Shown piece by piece: positions 1-13,639 of a stretch of DNA of 57,086 bases (position 1 is the first letter of the stretch; every line of letters begins with the position of its first letter). Below the pieces are notes generated by a model. That model was not told the origin of the DNA and made no database searches. It saw only the letters and a list, made by a program, of their open reading frames with translations. This stretch comes from Octopus bimaculoides. Lineage: Eukaryota. The position numbers were made by a program, and so were the translations under genes. Where the stretch lies: assembly GCF_001194135.2 (NCBI RefSeq), contig NC_068983.1:51887354-51944439 (forward strand). Reading direction: 5' to 3'.

Positions 1-225
1 ATATCCATGTGCGTTGATGTGCTTTTATCCCCAAACCATTTGACGGCCAGCTTTGGTGTGTTTACGTCATCGCAGCTAAGCATTATTCGGCAAAACAGCT
101 TGAAAGAAAATACGTACCAAGTTTTAAAAATCCGTTCTGGAGTCGATTAACTCGAATAGAAAGCTTCAAGGTGATGCGACTAGCCTGACCGCAGTGTAAT
201 GAATGAAACAAGTAAAAGAATAAAA
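1..225 (+). mobile_element. 3' half of tRNA-derived SINE (family 'B'), degraded
   Basis: GGTGTGTTTACGTC..TTCGGCAAAA..AAGGTGATGC..TGAAACAAGTAAAAG is collinear with the copies at 19.07 kb and 38.08 kb in this window. Confidence 0.65.
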
Positions 226-1172
226 GAATCAAAGAATACACAGATTTGTAGTTCGGTATATGGATTCATAGAATCATGTGACTATTACGGAAGGCTCCTC
301 GATTGGACGAGGTTATCATGTCACGCATGAATCCAATACGTGTTGTGCTGAACGGAATAACTAGACTTTCTTACACGCATCGATTGTAGATGTGCAATTG
401 TATTGTTGAATGATTAGCATTTGTATTGTTGCAGACATGTAAAATAATTTCTCATATGCCGAAATTAGTACATGGAAAACGTTTGTAATCCTAAAGATAT
501 CAAGTGGTTAAACATATATTGATATCTCATAACTCCCGAGTTTTTATGTGTTGTACATATGCGCGTGTTATGTGTGCGTTTATGACTGTACGTATATGTA
601 ATNNNNNNNNNNCAGATACATACACACACGCACACCCACACATATATATATACGTAGATATTTATATCTATATACTGAGACTGACAGAAAGATAGAGAGG
701 GAGAGAAATAGAGCGAGAATCAAAGATGTGACTATATGTCAATATATGCTCGTGCTTGTTGTACGTGTTTTTGTATATGCTGGCGTGCTTATCTATGCAG
801 CAATAGAATTTATCGAAGAATATACATTAACATTGTCATTCAAATAAAGCTATTGGAATACTGTTTACTGGCATTTATTACAATGATATTCGTCGTAAAA
901 CTTTGAGAGCAAACTCAAAATATGTCGGAAATACAGGATAGGATTTCTTTCAATTTTTTTTTTCTTTAGAAAAACCATTTCCACAGATATATCCTTCGAA
1001 TTATGTGCAATTGTTCCAAGGATATTAAAATTTTGAAGGAAAAGATTCATGAATACATAAAATGTATACATATAGCACATACAGAAATATAAATACACAC
1101 TGACATACATATATTTTTTATATATACGTGTGTGTGCATGTGGGTATCCACACACACACACACACATATATG

Positions 1173-1208
<36 letters not shown>

Positions 1209-1779
1209 TTCATGTGTATATTAATATTATCTCAGTTTTAAAAACCTTTGACAATGTAAATATGTTAATAGTTACCATGGGTAGCAAAAAGTACACAAAA
1301 ATTACAGAAAAAAAAGATATCACTGCCGTTTTATAGGAAAAGATACCAAGGTGAAGTGAAACATTTTGAGAAGATATGAATAATAANNNNNNNNNNNNNN
1401 NNNNNNNNNNNNNNNNNNNNNNNNNNNNNNNNNNNNNNNNNNNNNNNNNNNNNNNNNNNNNNNNNNNNNNNNNNNNNNNNNNNNNNNNNNNNNNNNNNNN
1501 NNNNNNNNNNNNNNNNNNNNNNNNNNNNNNNNNNNNNNNNNNNNNNNNNNNNNNNNNNNNNNNNNNNNNNNNNNNNNNNNNNNNNNNNNNNNNNNNNNNN
1601 NNNNNNNNNNNNNNNNNNNNNNNNNNNNNNNNNNNNNNNNNNNNNNNNNNNNNNNNNNNNNNNNNNNNNNNNNNNNNNNNNNNNNNNNNNNNNNNNNNNN
1701 NNNNNNNNNNNNNNNNNNNNNNNNNNNNNTATATATATATATATAAACGTTTTTAAGAATGAGATAAAAATCCAAGCAT

Positions 1780-2578
1780 GTGAAAGACTTTAGAACATTT
1801 ATAAATCGAAGGTCTTACAGCTGTTTCCAGGATATTATTATATCCCTTCATCGGAGAGGGTGTGAGAAAATGGTTAAGCAATAATCAGTTTGATAAGATA
1901 CAAAGTAGAGAGTGAAGTGGAGGAATGGAAATAGATGTGAGATATTCAGGGATATTGCATTTGTAGATCCATTATTTAGGTGGAATGGTATATATATAAG
2001 ATTCCAATAACTTGTGAGTAAAATCCAAGAGTATCTAAAATTGGTCATTCCAAGTAGAGATTTTGTACACAGTGCTACTGTACCAAGGATTTTATTTAGA
2101 GTGACCTAAGAGTAGGGAATGTATTTGTAAGGTCAAATTGAAAAATAAAACAGAGGAATAAAGAAAAGAGAAAAGAAAGAGAAGAAAAAAGAGGAAAAAA
2201 AGAAAAAAACAAGAGGAGAGGAATAAAGAAAAGAAAGAAAAAAGGAAAAAGAAAACAAGGAGAGAGATAATAAGGGTAAGTGTACCAGTTAGTGGTCAGT
2301 CAAGATAATTTGAAAGTAGAAATGGGGAGATAAGTGTGATAGAAACAGAAATGTATTAGTGTATAAAAAGATACAAAGAATGGGGGTGACAGAGTGAGTG
2401 AGGTATAAAAAGTAAAGGAGTGTCAGTTATGTAGTGATAGAGTCTAAGTGATGGGGCAGAGAGAGGGGTAGTAGTATGGAAGTAGCATGGTAGTAGATGG
2501 GTCGTGATTCGAGAGGTCAGTGCTTAGTAGTAGAAGGAAATATATATGTAAAGATGTATACATATGTATATATTAGGC

Positions 2579-2620
<42 letters not shown>

Positions 2621-3245
2621 NNNNNNNNNNNNNNNNNNNNNNNNNNNNNNNNNNNNNNNNNNNNNNNNNNNNNNNNNNNNNNNNNNNNNNNNNNNNNNNN
2701 NNNNNNNNNNNNNNNNNNATATACCTTGCATACATGCACTCACAGGCATACACATACATATACACGCACATATGCATGCACGCATATACACGCGAATATA
2801 ATTAGATGGTTGTGATATTCCAGTATGAGTGAGGAATTAAATAGGGATTGGGAGTTAAAATGTACATTTATAAGGTTATTGGGATTACGTAAGGGTTATT
2901 GTGGAAATATACTGTATGGTCATTTAGGCACTTGGATTTGTGGTAGAATTTGAATTTGTGAAAAAAGTGGTGGTTTCATGTGCTTAGTGCCTCATTATGT
3001 TTATTTAGCAGTGCTGGAGAGTTGTGCTTTAATATGTGAAGTGCTACCTCCAGGCAAAGTTTGCAAGTTGAGCGTTGACCTCGGTAGGGAATCCCTGAGT
3101 CCAGTATCGACCATGGTAAAGTATAGGGTATATTTGTGTTTTGAGATGACGTATCTGATTGGCGAGTGTTGTAGATTCATTATGTTTATCGTATCTAAAA
3201 GAATGGAGGTGAGCTGCATATCGTTACTTAAAACGTTTGGTTTCA
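1780..3245 (-). mobile_element. Degraded, probably Penelope-associated element (ORF relic at about 2830-3245, purine-rich region, terminal HHR)
   Basis: An HHR motif lies at one end and a foldback at the other. The ORF 3001-3246 has no recognisable domain, so family assignment is inference. Confidence 0.3.
1811..1860 (-). ncRNA. Minimal type-I hammerhead ribozyme relic (family A)
   Basis: Minus strand: TCT-CCGATGA-A-GGGATAT-AATA-ATATCCT-G-GAAAC-AGCT-GTA^AGA. Core U4 is changed to C, stem II has 7 bp, and stem III is the palindrome ACAGCTGT. Confidence 0.6.
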
Positions 3246-3508
3246 ATTAATACTCAGTAAATATTCATTAAATATTAAATTCATATTAGCCGACGGAAAA
3301 ATATATCCTTGGATGTTTTATATGTGTTTATGGATTTATTATAGCAGGCTGAATCAGTCTGCTATGATGAATCCATATTAAGTCTTCTCTAATGAATCCA
3401 TAAGCACATGTAAAACATGCAATGGTATATTTCTTTTCCTCTAAAGATATGATGTCCAGGTAATATAAGTTTAATATTTATTAATACTTACTGAGTATTA
3501 ATTGAAAC
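3240..3508. repeat. About 270-bp foldback (long inverted repeat)
   Basis: Perfect 21-bp outer arms GTTTCAATTAATACTCAGTAA (3240-3260) and TTACTGAGTATTAATTGAAAC (3488-3508). Inner arms TATGGATTTATTATAGCAG / CTGCTATGATGAATCCATA are centred at about 3353. Confidence 0.85.
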
Positions 3509-4689
3509 AGCTGTAAGTGATGATGATTAATTTGCTGTTAATAATAAACAATTGATAACTTTCCAATCTCCATTTCTTTTTCTTCTTTTATACATCCTTC
3601 TTTATCGATACATAGATAAATAGATAGATACATACATACATTCATACAACCTTGAATATAGATTAGAAACCAGCTATTCACAAGAAATCTTGAAATAATA
3701 CTGCGCAATGACATACATACATATACATATATGCCTATTAATTCTCATATATCCAAATAATTGTATCTGTACTAAGTTATGCAATGAGAGATTTGGTATA
3801 AACCTAGATGTCATTCTCCAAACTAATTCCCTCCGTTCAAGTATGGTTTTCACTAATGTATAACCGTTTCAGAAGTTCATCAATATTTTTTTTTTATATT
3901 TATCTTGATATACATACCCGTATGCAGTTATATATATTAATATTTTAAAGTATTATAGTTGACATAAAAGAAAATAAAGTGAAGGATTTGTATAAAACAA
4001 TGGCTATTTTGAGTGATTGAAGAAACCTAAGTGATTCATATGATGGAAATCTATTTAAAATCCGTAAAATAGATCAAAGATTTCTCCATTTGACTTTCTA
4101 GGTTTTAACATTTACACACATATAATCATATGTATGTATATGTGTATGTGCGTGTGCGTGTGATGTGCGCGCTTGTGTGTGTTCACGTGTGTGACTCTGT
4201 GTATGTGCATGCCTGTGTGCGTGCGTATGTATGCATATAGGGATAGATAGAGAAAGATTGAAAGATAGATGGATAAATAGATAGACAGATAGATGCACAC
4301 ATACATATTTCAAATAATAATTCCTTTTCCTTTTCCAAGTTACCATCCACCTTTTGTCTTCTCATTCTATTGTTTGCATCAACCTTCTTTTTCTCGTATT
4401 TTTTCGTAGACCAGCGTCCTGATTTTCAAATAAGACTCCTAAGTGCACCCTGCCTGAAGAGATTGCTTGGAGACACAAAAAACGTTATAAATCTACCAGA
4501 TTCTCGTGTCTGCATGGCTTGATGCTAGTTGCTTTTATTCAAATATTTTGTACTTTAAACAATGTATTTAGTTTTTCAGCGAATGGAGTTCTATTTTCTT
4601 GATCCTACCTCTAAGGGAACACTAAACTATATACGTGTGTATCCTTGTCGATTTTCTTTCTCTGTCTTCCATTTTTGGACTTTTTATAC

Positions 4690-4724
4690 ATTTCTGATGA
4701 AGATCTCCGCTCGAAACGTGAAAT
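4690..4724 (+). ncRNA. Minimal type-I hammerhead ribozyme relic (family B)
   Basis: ATTT-CTGATGA-A-GA(TCTCCGC)TC-GAAAC-GTG^AAAT. The CUGAUGA and GAAAC cores are intact with stem I ATTT/AAAT; the cleavage triplet is GUG, a non-cleavable variant. Confidence 0.65.
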
Positions 4725-5000
4725 ACTCTTTATTTTCTTTCCTTTCCTAAGCGTCCAATAAGACTGTACTTATTCCACGTCCTCGCGTTGTTTTTTTCGT
4801 GTTTTTTGTTGTTGTTTGTTCATGCAAATTTGTTGCTCTTTGTCTTGAATACTACGAAGATATGCCTCTAAGACCATGCGAAATATCTGAATAGTAAGGT
4901 AAATGAACACTTAAAAAGAATACGAGAGTGATAAATTAATGGAGACAGAGACGGAGAACTAGAGGGAGTGAGAGCGATAATTGTATAAATGGATAGATAA

Positions 5001-5066
<66 letters not shown>
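5001..5066. repeat. (GATA)n microsatellite
   Basis: Perfect ATAG tandem array. Confidence 0.95.
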
Positions 5067-5644
5067 CGATAAATATTCAATATATCATTCTTTTACTCAC
5101 ACATTAAAGTACATTCATACTTTTTTCAAGTTAGGTTTATGTACCTCTTTCCCTTTTNNNNNNNNNNNNNNNNNNNNNNNNNNNNNNNNNNNNNNNNNNN
5201 NNNNNNNNNNNNNNNNNNNNNNNNNNNNNNNNNNNNNNNNNNNNNNNNNNNNNNNNNNNNNNNNNNNNNNNNNNNNNNNNNNNNNNNNNNNNNNNNNNNN
5301 NNNNNNNNNNNNNNNNNNNNNNNNNNNNNNNNNNNNNNNNNNNNNNNNNNNNNNNNNNNNNNNNNNNNNNNNNNNNNNNNNNNNNNNNNNNNNNNNNNNN
5401 NNNNNNNNNNNNNNNNNNNNNNNNNNNNNNNNNNNNNNNNNNNNNNNNNNNNNNNNNNNNNNNNNNNNNNNNNNNNNNNNNNNNNNNNNNNNNNNNNNNN
5501 NNNNNNNNNNNNNNNNNNNNNNNNNNNNNNNNNNNNNNNNNNNNNNNNNNNNNNNNNNNNNNNNNNNNNNNNNNNNNNNNNNNNNNNNNNNNNNNNNNNN
5601 NNNNNNNNNNNNNNNNNNNNNNNNNNNNNNNNNNNNNNNNNNNN

Positions 5645-5678
<34 letters not shown>

Positions 5679-5849
5679 GTTAGGTATGTATGACTGAATG
5701 AATGAATCTGTGTGTGCATCTATCCTTTTGTTAGTCTGTTTGTGCGAGTATAATTGTACATAACCCATGTACTTGAATAGTGTCATATGGTAATATTTTA
5801 CACGTGTGAGTGCGTGTGAGTGTGTGTGTGTGTGTTCGCGCGCGCGTGT

Positions 5850-5884
<35 letters not shown>

Positions 5885-8054
5885 ACATTCAGCATGCATA
5901 TCATACATAACAACTTATGGCTCCTATATATTGCCAAACTTTTATTTCAGTAATGTTTAAAGATACATAGTAGAATATATTGCTATTTATTCCTAGATAC
6001 AATGAACACCGTATGATATTAATGCTATCAAGATTTATTTCAACCTTTCAAATATATATGTGAATGTATGTGGATAAGTATTTCTGTATTGTCCCTCTAT
6101 ATATATAAATCTCTAACTATTTCAAATAAGGAACAATAATCCGCCATTACACTGGTTTCTGTATATTGTAATTTCTTATCCTAGTTTATTGTTTCTTTCA
6201 CCATGCGGTACCTATTAAAGGAATGATGTACACAAGTATCAATATACAACTGCCTACATGCTTATCTATCAATAATTCTTTGTATATCTCTCTCTTCCAC
6301 CTTATTACGGTATACATACGTAATACACACACACGCGCACACATACACTTATATCCACATTTATATGAATACTTACATGTCTTTGTATCAATCTATTTAT
6401 GTCTCTCCCTATCATATCTACCTACATTTCCAAGGATCTCCCTCTCTACATATATATATATATATATGCGTATGTACTTACAACAAATGCTATATGTATG
6501 GTTGGATGTATGGATGGTTATGTATGTACACAAGTGTAGCTACACATGTATATGTTATACTTTGTGTTACTTTAGACATGCTGGCAACAAACTTTTCAAT
6601 GGTAAATAAAAGCTCTTTGAATAGGCGAATGCATACTGCTCGACGTGAACTTTACTTGTTGATTGCACGAAATCGTGTCTTCCTGAAATATCACTACTGA
6701 AGTGATTGCGAAAAAACAAATTGTCATGGACAAGATCTCGGTTTTAGAATTGCATTTCTTAATGTTACTTTACATGTCCACATTTAACACAATATTTTCA
6801 TTCCACTTACAAATAGCTAACATTGAAATGCCAATATTATAGGAGACATACTTATTTTATCAGTTAAAATATACTTTAAATAAATAAGAATAAAAGAAAT
6901 GCAGCTCCAGCACATATAGCAACCAACATTTATGCAAATATCCATCATGAAATTCACAATTATATACATAATATATGCATACGCTTATACATACATATAT
7001 AAATATGCTGCATGAACACACACACGCGTGTGTATATATATCCTATTTAACATTACTATGATTTAAGAATGCTGTAAAATCGCAGTGTTAGTCCGAAGCA
7101 GTCATCTTGTTTAGAAGTAAATTGCTAATTTTACAGAATATCAGGAGTGTCCTGCACCGGCGGTAGAATAAATTCTTCATAGTACCAGCAGTTTCTGAGG
7201 GAAAATGAAAATTGATTACATCGATCCTAGTACTAGACTCCGTAAAAATGAAATGCAAATACTTCTTCTAGAATGGTTAGCACCCCGCCAGAATCGTTAG
7301 CGGCGTTTCGTCTCTTATTGGGTTCCAAGCACAGACTCGCTTGATGATGACTAAATAAATTCACTGAAGTGATCCCCTTCTGTAATCATAGGTTTTCCTC
7401 CACTTTCTTGAAGGTATATAGAAATAAAAATAAAAATAGAAAATATAAATATAAATAAGATTATTTGTCTGCGTTAGGGTGATTTGAAACCTGGAGGATT
7501 ACATTAGTTACTACAGCAAATTTGAATTATTTTTTTATTAATTCATGACACGGACTAGTTCTTCCCTTCTTTACCTCTTGACTATTAAGCCTGTCATATA
7601 AAAAAAAATACTTCATTTTGCATGTCCTGATATTTTTTGTAATTGTTACCCGGATTGCACTATGACTTGTATGGACTACGGTAGTGAACCCTTGAAATGA
7701 CCATAGGTACTTGTGTGTGTTTTGACCTATGTTTTCGACCAGAGGATTTTATGAACGTTTGCAAGTTTGGTAGGCAGAGGCGGATTTTACCTATGGAAGT
7801 CTGCCTGTTATTACGTGTACCTTGTGGGAAGTACAGAACTTTCTAATATAATTTTAAATGATGTTAAATTATTTTGAAGTTTTTTGTCTTTTAAAGTTGT
7901 GTCACCAGATAGAGTATTTTAGCGGATGGACTATTATAGAATTTTATTTTACTTCATTTTATCTTATTCTATCTTCCCTTATTTGTCTATTTTGAATTTT
8001 TAATCGCTTAACTTTATTCGAATTGAAATTATAAAAAGATAAATATATAACACA

Positions 8055-8087
<33 letters not shown>

Positions 8088-8397
8088 TAACTCGAATTTG
8101 ATATATCTGTATGTTATTAATAGAAAAAAACAATATATATACATATAAGTTTTTATATTGTGTGTTTTATGTTGTATATTATTTTTATATATATATTTTC
8201 GTACGTATTTGTGGATTTGATGTATTTCTTATATATGACGGTTTATTGAGGGGACTGTTGTATGTTGAGTCGTTGACTCAAATGTAATGTTTTTATTCTG
8301 TAACTAATAATTTTTTATCCCTGCCTTAATTAAATTGAACACTTATCTTTGCAGCCCTGTAAAAAACTATTTTGTTTCCTAATAAGAAACGATTAAT

Positions 8398-8437
<40 letters not shown>

Positions 8438-9541
8438 AGAGAACAATAAAGCACAATTGGTTAATTCATCCATGCAGGCAGTTAGATGGCACAAAAAAGG
8501 ATGAATAAAACATTCAGACAGTTGGAGGATACAAAAAAGAGACAAGAAAAAAGGACAGGTCATTCGGAGCTTTGTTTCGTTAGTCGAGTTCCGGATTGTA
8601 TTTGCAGTTTGGGCTGGTTATACTCGAGGCCGCTCCAATCTGGCCAGGCCCAAGGAAAATCTAAGCTAAGAGCACTAGATTCCCTGCAAGAAAACCGTGA
8701 ATGTATACGAAAATAAGGACGGAAAAAAACGCAGAAATGGTACACAAATGCAAATACAAACAACGAGTGTCTTCCGACCAAGGACGAATTAAATTAAGCT
8801 GGCGTGTGTCGATCCCCTTCTCCTCTGTGGCTTAGAAGTATCTTGATTTGTATTTTAGTGAAGCAGGTGCTTATGTAGTACCCTAGTATATATAAATATG
8901 ATATAACTGATGCATACATATATTATTTATACACGCACACGTTCACACATGTACCCATACGCATGCATGAGTAAGTGTGGCATTTTATATCAGTGATTAA
9001 TATTAATATTTGCAGAAGACTACACCTACATTAGTTTGCATTGTAGAGGCTTGCATGTACACTTGCATTCGAATACTTTACCTTGTTCACTGTAGCTATC
9101 TTAATGTTTTAAATGTATGCATCTAAGTTTCTTGGAAATGGTAATGAAGTTGTCTTAAGTGTATAATGTTTTATATTTCAGCGCTAATCAAAGCATACTT
9201 GAAGATCGAGTTGCATACGAATAATAAATAAAATATGAATATTCACTTATAAGAATCAGATCCTGCTTTCATACCGTACCAATGCTTAATTACCTCTTTC
9301 ATGGACGATTGCTATGATTAAACTGAATTACGTAAAAGGAAATCTGTTAACATTCAAAGAGATTTCATTGAGGGAATGCTACTTAGCGTTAATCCCTGAA
9401 TTATCATATAAGAAACGGAAGTATGCAGCTCTCTCTGAGTTGTCGCAAACATGTATGTGGTGTTTATACTCATCATAGATTTCTCAAAATAACACTGTGC
9501 TTTCGAACACAAATAGTTTTGCCCGATTTAGCGTTTGATTC

Positions 9542-9766
9542 TATTGGGTTGTCCGGAAATTTCGTGCCGATTTATAGTATCTTGCCTTTCGACATGTTTG
9601 CCATGAAACCACCTCAATTTTGGGAAGAGGGTATTTTCAAGTTAAAGAAAAGATGGAGACGCATTCTGCAACAAAATGTTTCATATTTGGTTGATTGAAA
9701 ATGTTATGGCAAGTATTTATCTTTCTTGTTACAAAATAGGATTTAATAAGAAAAATGCAACCCAGA
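9542..9766 (+). mobile_element. Internally deleted mariner element
   Basis: A mariner-type left end TA-TTGGGTTGTCCGGAAATTTCGTGCCGATTT is followed directly by the transposase C-terminus KPPQFWEEGIFKLKKRWRRILQQNVSYLVD* (stop at 9698). A degraded right end CAACCCA lies at about 9758-9764. Confidence 0.8.
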
Positions 9767-11547
9767 ATGTGAGCACTCAATTGTATAACATGAATAATAA
9801 GAATATTTTGCGCACAGAAATCAGATTTTCCTCCAAACCTAAATATTAATACGTTTCTGTGAAATTAAATCTTGATGTTTGCGGATTGATATCTAATTTT
9901 CGTTCAACGTATCTTTAAGCTTAACGATTTTGTTTCCCCTCTCCAAAAAGATAGTAAAGTCTAATTCTTCAAGAACTTTTAGCGTAAGCGATTATGCGTA
10001 GAAGCAACACCTCCTCGATAATCACACAGTTTGTAGCTTTATCTCTTTAAAAGCGAAAACAAGTAATAATTACATTAGAAAGCTGAAGCAATTACATGGC
10101 TGCGAGGTCACAGTACTAATTAGATAAATGTCCTTTGCTCCTTTCTAGGAATGTTGATATTAAAGATTGGCGATAAGTTCATACCGTAGCAATGACAACG
10201 TCTTTAGTAGTAGAGACTGTATCAGTTTCATTAACAGAGCATCAGTAACAGCAGAAGCAATAATTGCAATAGAGGAATTGATGAAAAGAGGAGGCGTCGT
10301 AGACGTGGTGGGAAGTATAATGAAGGAGAGATGTAGGCCACTCAACCATAACACGCCATTTTAACATGCACAAAATCTAACTTCTATTAGACCTTCATTA
10401 TTTGGTGTCAAAATTTTAGGCGCAGTAACTGTTACCTTTCCACTGGCACGGTTCCACGGCATCCCATGTATGTATGTAGTCATAAATATATCTATATGCA
10501 TATACTTTTTTTTGTTATTATTTTTGGTATTATTGATCTCCGTATTAAAAATCTGGTGTCAAATTTAATGCATATGAATTCTGCCAAAAGTGGGGTGGGG
10601 GCAATCTGAATTTCTGTTGTACTGCATTTCTTAATTCTCTTCTATGGAGGTTATGAAAATCTGAATACTATTGTTCTTTTGAGAATTATTAAAACTAAAG
10701 GATATATCTTATATGACAGATGATATATCACTTCAAATAGGATATTTTTATTGGAGAAGGGCAACGTTAATTTGATTAATTAAATTGATTATTTAGTATT
10801 ATCGATATATTTCATGAACGATTCTAAATCCCAGGGAATAAATGGGACAATTTTACGAATCCAAAGTATAGTATAACAATATATCATTGAAGCAAATATG
10901 ATTAAGAATTATTCCTTAACCAATTCATATTTAGAATTTTCACATATTAGTGATCTTGCTTTGTAGCAAGAGTTTCGTTGCCTTTTACTAATTTTCCCTA
11001 TATAAACGAAAGTATGATAATACGCATAATTTATAAAATTATAGTATTATTCATTTCCTTTCAGTCGGTCATCATCCTCATCATCATGATCATCAGTAGT
11101 AGTAGTAGTAGTAGTAGCTGTAGTAGTACTACTAGTAGTGTCTTGAGTTATCATATTCCTTAGAGTGACGAACAAAAGGTATTTCGGTTCTTCTAGGTTC
11201 TCAGTTTTCCGGTTACAGCTTTGCCGTTCTACTCTCTGGGTAACACTCAGGTACTGAGGCCGAAGGTATCGATTCATCCCATACCCTCAAAACTGTTGGA
11301 TTTATTACCAAAATCAAAAGCAGACATGATCACAACCGAGGTCAATTTTGCCTTTCATCCCTTTGCGACCGGTAAAATATAGTTCCAGTGATATCTCCAT
11401 GTAATTGCTTGACTTACACTGGTTAAAATTGATGGTCTGATGTCAAAGTGTCATGCATTTAATTTTTTGTTTAAGATGATAAGCTATTCCAGCGTCGGAG
11501 AAAATGCTTTACAGCATGTGCCTATAATAGAAAGGATTATTAAATAA

Positions 11548-12228
11548 GGTAGTGAGCGTGCAGAATCGTTAGCGCGCTGGACTAAAATGTTTAGGGGTAT
11601 TTCGCGCGTCGCTATGTTGTGATTTCAAATTCCGCAAAGGTCGACTTTACCTTTCATCCTTTTGGGGTCGATGCATTTAGTATCAGTGAAACAGTGGTGT
11701 TGATGTAATCGACTAGTCCCCTCATTACAAATTTGATGCCTTGTGCCTCCAGTACAAAGGATTATAAATGAAGGCGGCGAGCTTGCAGAATCGTCGGCGC
11801 GCTGGACGGTATGTTTAGTGGTATTTAGCCCCTCGCTACGTTCTGAGTTAAAATACCGCCGGGTTTGACTTTGCCTTGCATCCTTTCGGTGTCGATAAAT
11901 TAAGTACCAGTGAAACACTGTAGTCAATGTAATCGACTCATCCCATCCGACATAATTGAATTGTTGCCCTTGTGGCAACATTTGAAACCATTATTATCGT
12001 TAAGCGGCGAGCTGGCGGATCCGTTAGCGCGCCGTGTAAAATGCTTGGTGGCATATCATCCATCTTTACGACTTGAGTTCAAATTTCACCGAGGTGCACT
12101 TAGCCTTACATCTTTTCGAGGTCGATAAATTAAATACAACTGAAACACTGGGATCAATGTAATCCTTCAGTCCCCTTCCACAAAATTTAAGGCCATTTGG
12201 CAGTAGTAAAAAGGAATATTATCATTAC
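11548..12228 (+). mobile_element. Head-to-tail trimer of tRNA-derived SINE family 'A' (about 225-bp units)
   Basis: Three heads (GGCGGCGAGCTGGCAGAATCGTTAGC-like) at 11548, 11773 and 12003. Each has a B box (GAGTTCAAAT-like), the core GCCTTTCATCCTTTCGGGGTCGATAAA and a short ATT-rich tail. A further core fragment (11335-11400) and tail (11515-11545) lie upstream. Confidence 0.9.
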
Positions 12229-12720
12229 AATTGTCCATTACTATCTGTTTCACGCACCTTTCTAATTGAAACACCAAGTATGATCCAAATGTTAGGATAA
12301 TTTTTATTTATTTTGGTGGTCTTTTTATAGCATTTGTATTCAACATCTGATTTGCGTTGAAGCCCGTGTATTTATATGTTTCATTTAATATTTCGTTGTT
12401 GGTTATAGGCAATATATGTTATTTTCTTGCTTGTTGATTTTGTTCTTTTTCGTGTGGGTTGCATGTCTATAGGGTCTTGATTGTGTCAAACAATTTTTTT
12501 TTTATCTTATGCTTCGAATCCTGTTACGTGACATGGTTTGTGATTGAGATCAGGATCTTTCTTGTCACAATTAGTTCTCTTAACGCCAAAAGAATTAATG
12601 TACATGTAGCGTACTGGCAGGCCATTATACCTTCTAAATAGTTTTATATCGCCACAAAAGCTACATTGATTTTAATTATTAATTACGTTTATGTATGTGT
12701 ACATACACACACACACACGT

Positions 12721-12838
12721 ATATATATATATATATATATATATAATCATTAATATATATATATATATATAATCATTAATATATATATATATATATATAT
12801 ATATAATCATTAATATATATATATATAATCATTAATAT
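12721..12838. repeat. Minisatellite: 4 x [(TA)n + ATCATTAA]
   Basis: Four TAATCATTAATA units separated by (TA)n runs of variable length. Confidence 0.9.
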
Positions 12839-12965
12839 AGGCAGCTGTGTGTCATCCTACACAGCTAGAAATAAGAGTTATAGCACTTTAATGCTGCAGT
12901 CAAAGCAAGTAATTTCACACACATACTAACAGGGACCGTAATATCCCGGAAGCAGTAGTCGAAGC

Positions 12966-12998
<33 letters not shown>

Positions 12999-13397
12999 CA
13001 CAGACATACATATGTGTGGGGGTGTAAATAGATAGACAGACAGACATGCATTCATACATATATATATACATATGCATAACTTTGAAGCAGTGTGTGTGAA
13101 TGAGAGCGATAGAGGGAGGGAGAAAGAGAGAATTCATAGCTTTTGAATTATTTCACTTTGTAGATGGAACCAAGTAAAATTGATACGAATGTGCAAAAGA
13201 GATAATAATGTTCTCTGAAATATTAGAGTACAAAGTTCGATTTTCGCATCTTTGATCATTCTGCCTCCCTAAACTAATACGACAAAGACAGAAGAGAAAT
13301 GTTTATATACATGCCTATGTAATAAATGATGTTAAACCAGATTAGAATATCTTGGTTTATCATTATCATGAGTGTCTTCATAATTATTATTCTTATG

Positions 13398-13620
13398 GTA
13401 AGGAGCTGATGTGCTAGCCAACTTGTTATCACCTTGAAAAAATGTTTACACGCATTTCTTTCGGTTCTTCCCGGCACGTGTTCAAATCTAGCCGAGATCA
13501 GCTTTGCCGTTTATATTTGCGGGGTCAACAATATATTATCAGTTGAACACTGGTGTCGATGTTATCAATTTAACTTCTCTTCTAAAATTGCTAACTTTGT
13601 TGCAAAATTCGTAATCACCA
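13398..13620 (+). mobile_element. Degraded SINE family 'A' copy
   Basis: GTTCAAATCTAGCCGAGATCAGCTTTGCC..GCGGGGTC..CAGTTGAACACTGGTGTCGATGT..AAAATTGCT matches the units of the trimer. Confidence 0.7.
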
Positions 13621-13639
13621 CCATTAACCTTATGGTTAT

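Noticed and set aside
8500-8830. GC-richer block with two overlapping ORFs
   Set aside because: No domain motif and no second copy in the window; probably a dispersed repeat, but unsupported from this sequence alone.
10148-10364. Strong acceptor (CTTTGCTCCTTTCTAG) followed by a purine-rich stretch with a poly-Arg frame (DEKRRRRRRGGKY)
   Set aside because: Frames from the acceptor stop within 14 codons or fewer, and the stretch looks like decayed trinucleotide repeats.
10431-10462. Minus-strand MGCRGTVPVE ending at a GTAACA donor (MGC lipidation-like start)
   Set aside because: Only 10 codons next to a microsatellite, with a weak start context and no partner exon.
11548-12228. CRISPR-like regular repeats
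   Set aside because: The units are whole 225-bp SINEs without unique spacers, the context is eukaryotic, and no cas genes are present.
12922-12962. HHR-like GGGA(CCGTAATA)TCCC-GGAAGC-AGTA-GTC
   Set aside because: Both core boxes are corrupted and no stem I can be identified; too degenerate to call.
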